A DNA stretch of 64,000 nt from positions 33,210 to 97,209 of the forward strand of contig CAKNNA010000001.1 in the NCBI GenBank assembly GCA_930989765.1, in the 5' to 3' direction. Under the pieces are notes generated by a model, which was given only the letters and a program-made list of their open reading frames with translations, had not been told where the DNA came from and ran no database searches. Within the stretch, counting starts at the first letter, position 1, and every line of letters begins with the position of its first letter. Position numbers and translations under genes: made by a program. This document shows, piece by piece, positions 1 to 11,278 of the stretch. Source of the stretch: an uncultured Clostridium sp. (GTDB taxonomy: Bacteria; Bacillota; Clostridia; TANB77; CAG-508).

Positions 1-32
1 GTACTTGTTTAAAAATATAAGGAGTAATTTTT

Positions 33-527
33 ATGCAAATAAAATATAAAAAACAAGATAAAGTATGTATAATATTTTTTGTTTTAATGATAGTAACTGC
101 AATAATAATTTTTTTATTTTCAAGTCAGGATGGTAAAAAATCTACATCTACAAGTGATAATTTTATAAAACAAATAGTTAAAATAATATATGGAAACGAC
201 ATAGATGAAGCAAAACTCGAAAAAATTACAGATGACTTAAGTTTTTATATAAGAAAATTAGCACATTTTACAATTTATACTATATTTGGTATAAATGCAT
301 TTGGTTTTATAAATACATTTAATATAACTCTGAAAAGAAAGATATTATTTGCAATATTAATAGGAGCATTATATGCATCAAGTGATGAGTTCCATCAACT
401 GTTTTCGATAGGTAGGTCTGCGAGTATAAAAGATGTTGGAATAGATTGCTTAGGAGTAGCTTTTGGAATTTTGCTAATAAATATTACTATATATGTGAAA
501 AATAATCTGGACAAAAAAAAAGAATAA
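33..527 (+). CDS. VanZ family membrane protein
   Basis: 164 aa with several hydrophobic segments; RKLAHFTIY...SDEFHQLF...IKDVGIDCLG pattern typical of VanZ-like proteins; AAGGAG Shine-Dalgarno upstream of the ATG. Confidence 0.7.
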   Translation: MQIKYKKQDKVCIIFFVLMIVTAIIIFLFSSQDGKKSTSTSDNFIKQIVKIIYGNDIDEAKLEKITDDLSFYIRKLAHFTIYTIFGINAFGFINTFNITLKRKILFAILIGALYASSDEFHQLFSIGRSASIKDVGIDCLGVAFGILLINITIYVKNNLDKKKE

Positions 528-573
528 TGATATAATTTGTAAAAATTAAAAGAAAGAAAGTGAGATTTGTAAA

Positions 574-1662
574 ATGCAAGGAAAACACGCAAGTAATAAT
601 TATAATGTAGAAAAAAGTGCCAAAAGAGAGCCAAGAAAAAAAAGAACAGGGCTTAAGGTATTTGGAATAATTGTATTAGTATTAATAATTATATTAGTAG
701 CAATAATTGGGGCAACATATTGGTATATAACAGATAAATTAGGAAAAATTCAACATGTAGATATAGATATAAGTCAACTAGACATTTCAGAAGAAGCTGA
801 AAAAAATCTGTCTGGATTTAGAAATATTGCACTATTTGGAATAGATAGTAGGTCAATAGATGATTATGGAGAAGGCAACAGAAGTGACTGTATAATAATT
901 GCAAGTATAAATAATTCTACAAAAGAAGTAAAATTATTATCAGTATACAGAGATACATATGTTCAAATAGAAGGACATGGATTAGATAAAATAACCCATG
1001 CATATTCATATGGAGAAGCACCACTTGCTATAAGTACATTAAATACAAATTTGGACTTAAATATAAAGGAATTTGTAACAGTAAATTTTGATGCGGTAGC
1101 AGAAGCTATAAATGCTTTAGGTGGAGTTACAATAGATGTAGAGCAAGAAGAAGTAAAATACATAAACAGTTATATTAATGAAACATCAAATGTAACGGGA
1201 ATTGAAACAAGTAGAATTTCAGGACCAGGAAGACAAACTTTAGATGGTATTCAAGCAGTTGCATATGCAAGAATAAGATATACATCAGGCGGAGATTATA
1301 AAAGAACGGAAAGAATGAGAACAGTAGTAGAAGCAATGTTTGATAAACTTAAAACAAAAAGTATAGGAGAAATAAATAGCTTTGCAGATAAAGTATTACC
1401 ACTAATATATACAAATATAGATTCAGGCGAAATGATTTCAATGATTCCAGATTTAATGTCATATAAAATAACAGATAGTATAGGCTGGCCATATGACACA
1501 AAAGGAATTACATTAGATAGATGGTATGGTGTACCAGTAACATTAGAGAGCAATGTATCTGAATTACATAAAGAATTATTTGGGGAAGAAAATTATACAC
1601 CATCTAGTACAGTACAAGAAATAAGTAATAAAATAGTAACAAAAACAGGATATAGGCAATAA
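574..1662 (+). CDS. LytR-CpsA-Psr (LCP) family glycopolymer phosphotransferase
   Basis: N-terminal TM anchor followed by RSDCIIIASIN...LLSVYRDTYV...NFDAVAEAINALGGVTIDV, the canonical LCP core; sits at the head of a polysaccharide locus. Confidence 0.85.
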   Translation: MQGKHASNNYNVEKSAKREPRKKRTGLKVFGIIVLVLIIILVAIIGATYWYITDKLGKIQHVDIDISQLDISEEAEKNLSGFRNIALFGIDSRSIDDYGEGNRSDCIIIASINNSTKEVKLLSVYRDTYVQIEGHGLDKITHAYSYGEAPLAISTLNTNLDLNIKEFVTVNFDAVAEAINALGGVTIDVEQEEVKYINSYINETSNVTGIETSRISGPGRQTLDGIQAVAYARIRYTSGGDYKRTERMRTVVEAMFDKLKTKSIGEINSFADKVLPLIYTNIDSGEMISMIPDLMSYKITDSIGWPYDTKGITLDRWYGVPVTLESNVSELHKELFGEENYTPSSTVQEISNKIVTKTGYRQ

Positions 1663-1709
1663 ATTTTAGCTAAAACATAAGATATAAAAAATTAATAGGG
1701 GGACTTATA

Positions 1710-2399
1710 ATGAATGCAAGATATAATATTAATGAAGAAGCAATACTTGATCAAAATTTAATAGTACCTGAAATTATAAGAAGTGCCAAAAAGATAAAAT
1801 ATGAATCAATTAAAAGAATATTAGATGTAATAATATCAAGTATAGGACTAATTTTATTACTACCGGTTTTCTTAATATTAGCCATCATCATCAAAATCGA
1901 TTCTAAAGGCCCAATAATATATGCACATAAAAGAATAGGAAAAAATGGAAAAGAAATTAAAATTTATAAATTTAGAACAATGTATGAAAATGCAAATGAA
2001 ATGATAAAAGATTTTACAGAAGAACAGATGAAAGAATGGAAAACAAACTTTAAACTAAAAAATGACCCAAGAGTAACAAAAGTTGGAAATATTTTAAGAA
2101 AGACAAGCCTTGATGAATTACCACAAATAATTAATATTATAAAAGGAGAATTATCAATTATAGGACCAAGACCAGTTGTAGAAGAAGAACTTGAAAAATA
2201 TGGAAGTAACAAAAATAAATTCCTAAGTATAACACCAGGACTTACAGGATTTTGGCAAGCAAATGGAAGAAGTGATACTACATATGAGCAAAGGATGCAA
2301 ATGGAATTATATTATGTAGATAATTGTAATTTTAAATTAGATTGTCAAATATTTTTTAAAACATTTTCAGCAGTATTAAAAAAAGAAGGGGCAGTATAA
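1710..2399 (+). CDS. Initiating sugar-phosphate transferase (bacterial sugar transferase family, EpsL/WbaP C-terminal type)
   Basis: KRILDVIISSIGLILLLPVF...KGPIIYAHKRIGKNGKEIKIYKFRTM...DELPQIINIIKGELSIIGPRP motifs. Confidence 0.85.
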   Translation: MNARYNINEEAILDQNLIVPEIIRSAKKIKYESIKRILDVIISSIGLILLLPVFLILAIIIKIDSKGPIIYAHKRIGKNGKEIKIYKFRTMYENANEMIKDFTEEQMKEWKTNFKLKNDPRVTKVGNILRKTSLDELPQIINIIKGELSIIGPRPVVEEELEKYGSNKNKFLSITPGLTGFWQANGRSDTTYEQRMQMELYYVDNCNFKLDCQIFFKTFSAVLKKEGAV

Positions 2400-3179
2400 G
2401 TGAAAGATATCAAAATTATAGTAGCAACACATAAAAAATATGAAATGCCAAAAGAAGATATATTTATACCAGTTCAAGTAGGTAGTCAAGGAAAAGAACC
2501 TTTAGGCTATCAAAAAGATAATGAAGGTAAAAATATATCTTCTAAAAATCCGTATTATTGTGAGCTTACTGGAATATATTGGACATGGAAAAACTTAGAA
2601 GCAGAATATATTGGCTTAGTACATTATAGAAGATATTTTGCAAGATCAAAGTTATTTGATAAAAATAAGTTTGACAAAATAATAACTAGAAAAAAACTAG
2701 AGAAGGTATTAGAAAAAACAGATATAATATTACCTAAAAAAAGAAAATATTATATAGAAACAATCTATTCACACTATAAACATACAATGTATATTGAGCC
2801 ATTAGATGAAGCCGGAAAAATTATAAAAGAAAAATATACAAAATATTATAATGAATTTGAAAAACTAAAAAAACGTAGATCAGCACATATGTTTAATATG
2901 TTTATAATGAAAAAAGAGTATTTTGATGAATATTGTAAGTGGCTATTTCCAATACTTTTCGAATTAGAAAAGAGAATAGACCCTAAAAATTATAATGATT
3001 TTCATGCAAGATATTTAGGTAGAATATCAGAAAGACTACTTGATGTTTGGATTAACACAAATAAACTAAAATATAAAGAATTAGATGTAGTTTATATGGG
3101 AAAAACAAACTTTGCAAGAAAAGTAATTTCAGTTATAAATGCAAAAATTACTGGAAAAAAATATGAAAAGAGTTTTTAA
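2400..3179 (+). CDS. DUF4422-type putative glycosyltransferase
   Basis: GTG start abutting the upstream stop; IKIIVATHKKY...CELTGIYWTWKN...GLVHYRRYF pattern seen in DUF4422 proteins of capsule loci. Confidence 0.55.
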   Translation: MKDIKIIVATHKKYEMPKEDIFIPVQVGSQGKEPLGYQKDNEGKNISSKNPYYCELTGIYWTWKNLEAEYIGLVHYRRYFARSKLFDKNKFDKIITRKKLEKVLEKTDIILPKKRKYYIETIYSHYKHTMYIEPLDEAGKIIKEKYTKYYNEFEKLKKRRSAHMFNMFIMKKEYFDEYCKWLFPILFELEKRIDPKNYNDFHARYLGRISERLLDVWINTNKLKYKELDVVYMGKTNFARKVISVINAKITGKKYEKSF

Positions 3180-3246
3180 TTTAAATATTAAAAATAACAT
3201 AATAAAAAATGAAAACACATTTTATTAATAGTATTAATTAAAAAGT

Positions 3247-4246
3247 TTGAAAAATATAGGTGAAGAAATGGAAGATTTAATAACAGTTATAGTACCAGTG
3301 TTTAAAGTAGAAAAATATTTAGAAAAATGTGTAAAAAGTATATGTTGCCAAACTTATAAAAATCTTGAAATAATATTAGTAGATGACGGCTCACCTGATA
3401 ATTGTGGAAAAATGTGTGATAAATATGCTAAATCTGATAAAAGAATAAAAGTAATTCATAAAGAAAATGGAGGGCTATCTGATGCAAGGAATGCAGGAAT
3501 TAAAATGGCAACTGGAAAATATATTGCATTTGTAGATTCAGATGATTATGTCTCAAATGACTATATAGAGTATATGTATAAAATACTAAAAAAAGAAAAT
3601 ACAAAGATATCTATATGTGAGCTTCAAATAGTATGGAAAAATACAACAATAGAAAATAATAAAGAAAATAAAGTACAAAAATTAACATCTAAACAAGCAT
3701 TAGAGAACTTATTATATTCACAAGGAATAGATGTATCGGCTCCACGGAAAATTATATGAAAAAACTTTATTTGAAGATATTGAATTTCCAAAAGGAAAAG
3801 TTTATGAAGATACAGCAATTATGTACCAATTATTTGAAAAAGCTAAAAAATTAGGTTTTGGAAATAAAAAATGTTATTATTATGTAGCTAGAGGTGACTC
3901 CATATCTAAAAGTAGAGGATTCACAAAAAAAGAAGAGGATTACATAAATAATACAAACCAAATGCTTGAATATATAAAAAATAAATACCCAGAATTAGAA
4001 AAGGCTGTAAAAAGATTTTATGTGTATGCAAATTTTAGAATATTAAGGATGCTGATTTACACAAAGCCAAAAAATAAAAAAATGGAAAAAAAGGTATCTG
4101 GAGAAATAAAAAAATATAAAAAAGAAGTTTTTAAAGACAAAAAAACACCAAGAAGAGATAAAATAGCAATAATAACATTAAACCTTGGGCTTCCTGTATT
4201 TAAAATTATATGGAATTTATACTGCATTATAACAGGAAGAATATAA
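3247..4246 (+). CDS. Family 2 glycosyltransferase, split into two ORFs by a frame break at in-frame CGG 3745-3747
   Basis: N-terminal ITVIVPVFKVEKYL...VDDGSPD...FVDSDD GT2 motifs in ORF 3247-3759. The family-typical GKLYEKTLFEDIEFPKGKVYEDT continuation is in the +1 ORF 3731-4246. Confidence 0.75.
3745..3747 (+). other. In-frame CGG at a reading-frame break (+1 needed: CCA C GGA)
   Basis: Coordinates are in phase with ORF 3247; the downstream ORF is in phase with 3746. Confidence 0.9.
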
Positions 4247-4316
4247 AATTTGGATATCAAAAAAAGAAAGGAGCTATAATATAAATTTAATTCTATAAAT
4301 TTATATTAAATAAAGA

Positions 4317-5486
4317 ATGATTGTATATATAGTAATGTTATTAATATCAATAGTATTCTTAAAACTAGAAGAAAAACAAGAAAAAAAGAAACTAAAAATA
4401 CTAATGCTTATTTTAGCAGTAGTTCCTTTTTTTCTTGTTTCTATATTAAGATATGATCTTGGAACAGATTATCTAAAAAGATATGTACATGACTTTAATG
4501 AAATGGCACAAGGAAGAAATATAGAAAATCTCGAAATAGGATTTAAATTGTTAATACAATTTTGCTTAATATTTACAACTAACCCTAATATATTATTTGT
4601 AATTACAAGTACAATAATTTTAGGACTAATTATGTATACAATATTTACAAAATCAAAAAACTATATATTAAGCATATTAATATTTTTCTTATGTGGATTT
4701 TTCTTTAATTCATTAAATTTAGTAAGACAATATATAGCAATAAGTTTAATATTATTTGGATATAGATTTTTATTAAAAGAAAAAAAATATTATTTTGCAT
4801 ATATTCTTTGCACTTTTATTGCAATGACTATGCATAGTACTAGCATGATTGCAATAATATTAGTATTTTTGAATAAAAAAGAAATAATGAATTTTAAATG
4901 GCTTATACCAATTAGTTTTTTAATATTAATAATAAATGAAAATTTATTTGAACTAATAAAACCAATAATACAAAACACAAGATTTAATGTATATTTAACA
5001 GGAAACATGGCAAAAGGTGAAATATCCATTCTTTATATATTAGAAAACTTTTTAGTTTATATTTTTATGTATTATATTTATATAAAAAATAAAAAAGTTA
5101 ACCAAAATGGGAAAGAAGAAACATTATTATTAAATGTTCAAGGGCTTTCACTACTTACAACTGTATGTGGTGCATGTCATATGCAATTTATGCGTATAGC
5201 ACTATACTTTTTCATTTTCCAGATAATATCAATACCACTATTTATATACAAAATTCCAGTAGATGAAGTGAAAAAAGATATAGAAAAAATATTTAAAAAA
5301 ATAAAAATATCTTCAGAAAAAATAAAATTAGAAAAGATTATGCCTAAATTCAAAGAAATAATAAGTGTAATATTCATTATTTGCTTACTATGTGTATTTT
5401 GGCACACAAATATAAAAAATAATGACAATGAAGTTGTACCATATAAAACAATAATAAATAAAGAAATTTCAATAGGAGAAAAATAA
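4317..5486 (+). CDS. EpsG family polytopic membrane protein (putative Wzy-type polysaccharide polymerase)
   Basis: 389 aa with about 10 hydrophobic segments; LRYDLGTDY motif near the N-terminus typical of EpsG. Confidence 0.65.
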   Translation: MIVYIVMLLISIVFLKLEEKQEKKKLKILMLILAVVPFFLVSILRYDLGTDYLKRYVHDFNEMAQGRNIENLEIGFKLLIQFCLIFTTNPNILFVITSTIILGLIMYTIFTKSKNYILSILIFFLCGFFFNSLNLVRQYIAISLILFGYRFLLKEKKYYFAYILCTFIAMTMHSTSMIAIILVFLNKKEIMNFKWLIPISFLILIINENLFELIKPIIQNTRFNVYLTGNMAKGEISILYILENFLVYIFMYYIYIKNKKVNQNGKEETLLLNVQGLSLLTTVCGACHMQFMRIALYFFIFQIISIPLFIYKIPVDEVKKDIEKIFKKIKISSEKIKLEKIMPKFKEIISVIFIICLLCVFWHTNIKNNDNEVVPYKTIINKEISIGEK

Positions 5487-6493
5487 TGTTAAAAGAAACA
5501 ATATCAATAATTATGCCAGCATATAATGCAGAAAAAACCATAGAAAGTGCAATAAATTCAGTACTTAAGCAAAACTATAAACAAATTGAACTTATAATAA
5601 TTGATAATGGTTCAAAAGATAAAACACAAGAAATAATAAAAAAATATGAAAATAAAAAAACAGAAATAATTATAAAAAATATATATTTGGAAGTTGCAAA
5701 TGTAAGTTATGCAAGAAATGTAGGAATTGACAAAGCAACAGGAAAATACATAGCTTTTTTAGATGCAGATGATGAATATGAGAATAATTTTATAAAGAAT
5801 ATGCAAGAAGCAATAAAAAATGCAAATTCTGAGATTGTAACTTGTGCATATAAAACAAAGAATAGCAAAAAATCATGGAATTTAAAAGAATATGAAAACA
5901 TAAAAAATACAAGTAATATAAAGGAATATTTAGAAATTTTAAAAGAAAATTATTTATTTAATCAAATATGGAACAAATTATATATTACAAAAATTATAAA
6001 AGAAAATAATATAAAATTTAGCACCAATTTTGAACTTGGAGAAGATTTATTATTTAATTTGCGATATTTAAAAAATATAAATAAAGTAAGTTATATAAAT
6101 GATGAATTATATATATATACAGACGGAGAAAATGGTCTAAATTTAAAATACAGAAAGGACAAATTTAAAATAGAATATGAATTAACTAAAAATTTAGAAT
6201 CATTTTACAAAGAAAAAAAATACGATTTAAATTATATTTATAATAGATATGCAAGAATTTACTATAATGGTATATTAAACATATACAATAAAAACAATAA
6301 ACAAACAAAAAAAGAAAAAGATAATGAATTAAAAAAATTTATAAATACAAAGCAATATAAAAACGATTTAGAATTTCTAAAAAATAAAGTAACAGATAAA
6401 AAATTTAAAATAGCAATAAAATATTTTTATACAAAAGGTTTTATTTTTATAAAATTATTTATATTTCTTGTAACTTTAAAAAAATATAATTAA
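5486..6493 (+). CDS. Family 2 glycosyltransferase
   Basis: ISIIMPAYNAEKTI...IIDNGSKD...FLDADDE motifs. Confidence 0.8.
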   Translation: MLKETISIIMPAYNAEKTIESAINSVLKQNYKQIELIIIDNGSKDKTQEIIKKYENKKTEIIIKNIYLEVANVSYARNVGIDKATGKYIAFLDADDEYENNFIKNMQEAIKNANSEIVTCAYKTKNSKKSWNLKEYENIKNTSNIKEYLEILKENYLFNQIWNKLYITKIIKENNIKFSTNFELGEDLLFNLRYLKNINKVSYINDELYIYTDGENGLNLKYRKDKFKIEYELTKNLESFYKEKKYDLNYIYNRYARIYYNGILNIYNKNNKQTKKEKDNELKKFINTKQYKNDLEFLKNKVTDKKFKIAIKYFYTKGFIFIKLFIFLVTLKKYN

Positions 6494-6556
6494 AATGTTC
6501 TAACTAAATATAGATAAAAAAGAGAGGAGTAACTACAAAAAATTGTAGTAAAAAAT

Positions 6557-7598
6557 ATGAAAATATATGTAAATGCTTATTTAGAAAATAATTTAGGTGA
6601 TGATTTATTTATAAAAATATTAACAGAAAGATATAAAAAACATAAGTTTTACAGTATAACAAAAGGATTTAAAAATTATACAAAAAATAATTTTAAAGTA
6701 TATTCTAATAAATATATTTTTAAAGTTTTAAAAAAGTTTGAACTAGAAAAGTATTTAGCAAATAAATTTGACTTGGTTATTACAATTGGCGGAAGTATGT
6801 ATCAAGAAAATAATGATAATAATAGAGACTTTTCTTTGCGGAAAAAATAAATACTATATCTTAGGAAGCAATTTTGGACCATATAAAACTCAAAAATATT
6901 TTGATAATTTATATAGTGTTTTTAGTAAAGCAGAAGATGTTTGTTTTAGAGAAAAATATTCATATGAGCTTTTTAAAACACTGCCAAATGTGAGATATGC
7001 CTCTGATATAGTATTTAATTTAGATACAAAAAATATAAAAAATACAAATGCAAAAAGGGTTATTTTTTCAATAATATCATGTAAATATAAAATGGAAGAA
7101 AAATATCAAAAAGATTATAATGAAAAAATAATCGAAATGATAGATTTTTATATAGAAAAAGGATATAAAATTTGTTTAATGTCATTTTGCAGAGAAGAAA
7201 AAGACGAAGAAGCAATAGAAGAAATTTTAGAAAAATGTCCTAAAACAGTAAAAGAAAAAATAGAAAAATATTATTATAATGGAAATTTAGAAGAAGCATT
7301 AAATATAATTGGAGATTCTAGAATAATAGTAGCTAGTAGATTTCATGCAAATATATTAGGTCTATTATTTGGAAAAAATGTAATAACACTTTCTTATAGT
7401 GATAAAACAAAACATGTATTAAGTGATATGGGACTAGATTCAAATATTATAGATATTAAAGAAATTAAAAATTTCAATATAAAACAAAACCAAAAGCTTT
7501 TGCAAGATAACTTTTCAAGTGAAGTAGAAATAAAAGTAATAGAAGCAATAAATGATGCAAAAAGGCAGTTTGAAAAATTAGACAAAATATTGTTATAA
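6557..7598 (+). CDS. Polysaccharide pyruvyl transferase family protein (CsaB/WcaK-like), split by a frame break at CGG 6839-6841
   Basis: N-terminal NLGDDLF and C-terminal IIVASRFHANILGLLFGKNVI are typical of PS pyruvyl transferases; the two halves lie in ORFs 6557-6850 and 6768-7598 (+1). Confidence 0.6.
6839..6841 (+). other. In-frame CGG at a reading-frame break (+1 needed: TTG C GGA)
   Basis: Codon 95 of ORF 6557; the 0-frame stops 3 codons later; the +1 frame continues GKNKYYILGSNFGPY. Confidence 0.9.
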
Positions 7599-7630
7599 AA
7601 TTAAATACATAAAAATAAAGGATGATTTTA

Positions 7631-9053
7631 ATGGGAAAAGGAAAACAGTTACTAAAAAATACAGCAATAGTAACAATAGGGAAAATTGCAACACAATTAA
7701 TAACTTTCTTTTTATTACCTATTTATACAGCACTACTAACTCAAGAAGAATATGGAGTTGTGGATTTATTAAATACATTAGTTAGCCTATTTTTACCAAT
7801 AGTAACTTTGCAAATAGAGCAAGGAGTATTTAGATATTTAGTAGATTGTAGAGGAAATAGAAATGAAGAAACAAAAATTATTACAACAATACTTAAATTT
7901 ATTGTAATACAAAGTTTTATTTATATAATAATTATATTAATTGCAAGTTCTTTTATAAATAATCCGTATAAATACTTTCTAGCAGGAAATTTAATAGTAT
8001 CAATTTTTTCAAGTATTTTCTTGCAAATTGCAAGAGGATTAGGGGACAATAAAAGTTATGCAATAGGAAGTCTTATATCTGGTTTTGCAATAGTTATTCT
8101 TAATATCATATTAATTGTAGTTTTTTCTTTAGGTGCATATGGAATGCTACTTGCAACATTACTTGGAAATTTAATATGTGCAATATATATTTTTTGGAAT
8201 AAAAAATTATATAAATATATAAAGCTAAAACAAAATGATAAAAATTTGCTGAAAGAAATATTAAAATATTCAGTACCACTAATACCTAATATGATATCAT
8301 GGTGGGTAGTAAATGCATCTGATAGAACTATAGTAACAGCTATTCTTGGAATAGCACAAAACCGGAATATATTCAGCAGCAAATAAATTTTCAAATGTAT
8401 TTTCAAGCCTTTATAGTGTATTTAATTTAACATGGACAGAATCTGCTGTAATAAACATAAATTCTGAAGATAAAGATGAATTTTTTAGCAAAATATTTGA
8501 TGTAACAATAAGATTTTTTGGTGCTTTAGCATTAGGAATTATTGCATATATGCCATTTGTATTTCCAATACTAATTAATGAAGATTTTAGTGAAGCTTAT
8601 ATGCAAATTCCAATTTTAATGCTTGGAAGTGTATTTAATATATTAGTAAGTTTTATAGGATCTATATATGTTGCAAAAAAGTTAACAAAAGAAATTGCTA
8701 AAGTATCAATATTTGCAGGTGTAATAAATATAGTTACAAATTTATTAATGATAAAATTCATAGGACTTTATGCAGCATCTATATCAACATTATTTGCATA
8801 TTTAATAATGTTTATATTAAGATTTATAGATGTTAAAAAATATGTAAATTTAAAATTAAATAAAAACATTATAATATCTCTTATAGTTTTGTTTATAGTA
8901 GCATTTGTAGTATTTTATTTAAAAAATAGAAATTTAGAAATATGTAGTGCAGTAGTTGTTACTATCTATGCAGTTATTATAAATAAATCAAGTGCAAAAT
9001 TTGTTTTTGAGAGTGTTGTTTCTAAGTTTGCTGTAAAACATGAGTTAAAGTAA
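7631..9053 (+). CDS. Wzx-type oligosaccharide flippase (MOP/polysaccharide biosynthesis protein), split by a frame break at CGG 8363-8365
   Basis: LLKNTAIVTIGKIATQLITFFLLPIYT N-terminus and multiple TM segments. The frame from 8364 is open to 9053 and reads GIYSAANKFSNVFSSLYSVFNLTWTESA, family-typical. Confidence 0.75.
8363..8365 (+). other. In-frame CGG at a reading-frame break (+1 needed: AAC C GGA)
   Basis: In phase with ORF 7622; the downstream open frame is in phase with 8364. Confidence 0.9.
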
Positions 9054-9156
9054 TAAGTATTATAATTGTTAATTAGGATTATATTAAAATTTAAAATAAA
9101 GCTTGAGCAAAAAAAGTATTAATGATATAATCCAAAAAAAAGGGGGTAGATTTTTT

Positions 9157-11103
9157 ATGAACAAAACATTAAGAAATGTTTTAATTTTTTTAATAACATT
9201 TATTGCGATAATGTTATTAAATATTAACTTAAGTAATGCTGCAACATCAGGAGATTATGAATATACAGTTAAATCAGATGGAACTATAACAATTACAAAG
9301 TACACAAAACAAGAAGCAGTTACAACGATAAATATACCATCAGAAATAGCAGGAAAGAAAGTAACACAATTAGGAAGGCAATCTTTTCTTAGAGCAAAAG
9401 CAGATAGTATAGTAGTGCCAAATACAGTTAATACTTTAGACTATGGTGTATTCCAATATTCAACCATAAAAACAATTACTATTCCAAGTTCTGTAACTAA
9501 AATGAATATCTCTATGTTTACAGGGGCAACAAATTTAGAGAATGCAAATATTAATGCAAGTATTGATGTTTTACCAAATGCTACATTTAGTCAATGTATA
9601 AACTTAAAAAAAGTCACATTAAATAAAAAAATTAAAACCTTAGATTTACAAGCATTTGTATATTGTGAATCTTTAACAGATTTATCTTTTTTAAATGGTG
9701 TAGAAGAAATTGGACAAAGTTGTTTTTTATATTGTAAATCAATAAAAAAGGTAACAATTCCATCAACAGTTAAAAGGATATTAAGTGGTGGATTTGATTC
9801 AAATGTTGAAGTTGATTTATCAAAAACAAGACTAGTTGAGTTTGAAGCAGGATATTTTGCAGAAGCAACTAAAATTACCAAAGAAGGAACTTTAGATTAT
9901 AATAAAGCATATGAAGTATTAGATTTAGTAAATAAGGAAAGAAAAGCAAATAATTTGCAACCATTAACTATGGATAAAGATTTATTAGAAGGAGCAATGA
10001 CAAGAGCTGTAGAACTTAGTGTTTATAATAGTCATGATAGACCTACAGGCTTAACATGTTTTTCTATACATGAGAAGTTAGATGGAGAAAATATAGCATC
10101 TGGATACCCAAATTCAACATCTGTTATGTATGGATGGATGAATTCTTCAGGTCACAGAGCAAATATTTTAGGATCTGGTTATAAAAGTATAGGAATAGGA
10201 TGTTTCTTAATTAATGGAAATTACTATTGGGTTCAATGTTTTAGTAGAGACAATCCAACAAACATTACAAAACCTGCAAATAAGCAAGGAGAACATTATA
10301 TATATGTTGGAGATAATTACATAAAATTAACTGTAAATACAGAAAATGTAAAAATAAAACCAAATGCGAAAACAACAATAAAAATATTAAATAATGGGCA
10401 AAACTGTAATGCAAGTTGTGCTACATGGACAAGTAGTGATACATCTGTTGCAATAGTGGATAGCAAAGGAAATATACAAGGAAAAAAAGCTGGATTTGCA
10501 ACAATAAAAGTAAAATTAGGATTAGATACAAAAAATGTAGAAGTATATGTAACACCTTATACAGATGTAGATAAATCAACTTGGTATACAAATGCAGTAA
10601 ATTACTGTTATAATAACAACATATTTGCAGGGACATCAAATACAACATTTTCACCAGAAATGGACTTAACACGTGGGATGCTTGTAACAATACTTCACAG
10701 AATGGAAGGAGCACCATATGTATCAGGAACAAGTAAATTTCCAGATGTACAAAACACAAAAGAATATTACTATGTAGCAATAAAATGGGCAGCCAAAAAT
10801 AATATAGTAAGTGGATATCATACAGGATATTTTGGACCAGAAGATCCAATTACAAGAGAACAACTTGCAGTAATATTAAATAAATATTGTAGATATAAAG
10901 GAAAATATAAAGCAAAAGTTGGAGATTTAACAAAATTTAAAGATGGAAATAAGGTTTCAAGTTTTGCAATTTGGGAAATGAGATGGGCTGTAGGATCTGG
11001 TGTAATCACAGGAACAGGTCAAAATACATTAAATCCACAAGGAAAAGTTTCAAGAGCACAAGCTGCAGCGATGCTTCATAAATATAGAATAAATATAAAA
11101 TAA
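9157..11103 (+). CDS. Secreted surface protein: BspA-type leucine-rich repeats + CAP/SCP (YkwD-like) domain + Big_2 + three SLH repeats
   Basis: Signal peptide MNKTLRNVLIFLITFIAIMLLNINLSNA after a GGGGG Shine-Dalgarno. LRR_5-like IPSSVTKM/IPSTVKRI repeats. CAP motif GENIASG...SSGHRANIL...IGIGCF. Big_2 KPNAKTTIKILNNG...ATIKV. SLH motifs with TRGM/TREQ/SRAQ. Confidence 0.8.
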   Translation: MNKTLRNVLIFLITFIAIMLLNINLSNAATSGDYEYTVKSDGTITITKYTKQEAVTTINIPSEIAGKKVTQLGRQSFLRAKADSIVVPNTVNTLDYGVFQYSTIKTITIPSSVTKMNISMFTGATNLENANINASIDVLPNATFSQCINLKKVTLNKKIKTLDLQAFVYCESLTDLSFLNGVEEIGQSCFLYCKSIKKVTIPSTVKRILSGGFDSNVEVDLSKTRLVEFEAGYFAEATKITKEGTLDYNKAYEVLDLVNKERKANNLQPLTMDKDLLEGAMTRAVELSVYNSHDRPTGLTCFSIHEKLDGENIASGYPNSTSVMYGWMNSSGHRANILGSGYKSIGIGCFLINGNYYWVQCFSRDNPTNITKPANKQGEHYIYVGDNYIKLTVNTENVKIKPNAKTTIKILNNGQNCNASCATWTSSDTSVAIVDSKGNIQGKKAGFATIKVKLGLDTKNVEVYVTPYTDVDKSTWYTNAVNYCYNNNIFAGTSNTTFSPEMDLTRGMLVTILHRMEGAPYVSGTSKFPDVQNTKEYYYVAIKWAAKNNIVSGYHTGYFGPEDPITREQLAVILNKYCRYKGKYKAKVGDLTKFKDGNKVSSFAIWEMRWAVGSGVITGTGQNTLNPQGKVSRAQAAAMLHKYRINIK

Positions 11104-11111
11104 GAAATGAA

Positions 11112-11178
11112 ATGGTCATTCTGGGACAGGTCCCAATTGACCATTTTTGGTTAATTGGGACCTGTCCCAGAATGACCA
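11112..11178. repeat. Palindromic repeat family A (TGGGACAGGTCCCA core), two inverted units
   Basis: ATGGTCATTCTGGGACAGGTCCCAATTGACCA / TGGTTAATTGGGACCTGTCCCAGAATGACCA form a roughly 30 bp stem. The same unit recurs three times at 56998-57108. Confidence 0.85.
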
Positions 11179-11278
11179 AAATAAATTTTGTAAAAAAAGC
11201 ATAAAAAAATGTTGAAATATTTTCCTTAATGATATAAAATGTTAAAGATAAAATTCAAATAAAGAAAGAGGAATTTTT

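Noticed and set aside
9103-9156. Longer N-terminal extensions offered by the ORF track (9103 for the LRR/SLH protein; likewise 16534 for the sugar transferase and 39028 for the transglutaminase/LRR protein)
   Set aside because: In each case an internal ATG is preceded by a strong G-rich Shine-Dalgarno. It starts a proper signal peptide or TM helix, whereas the extension has neither.
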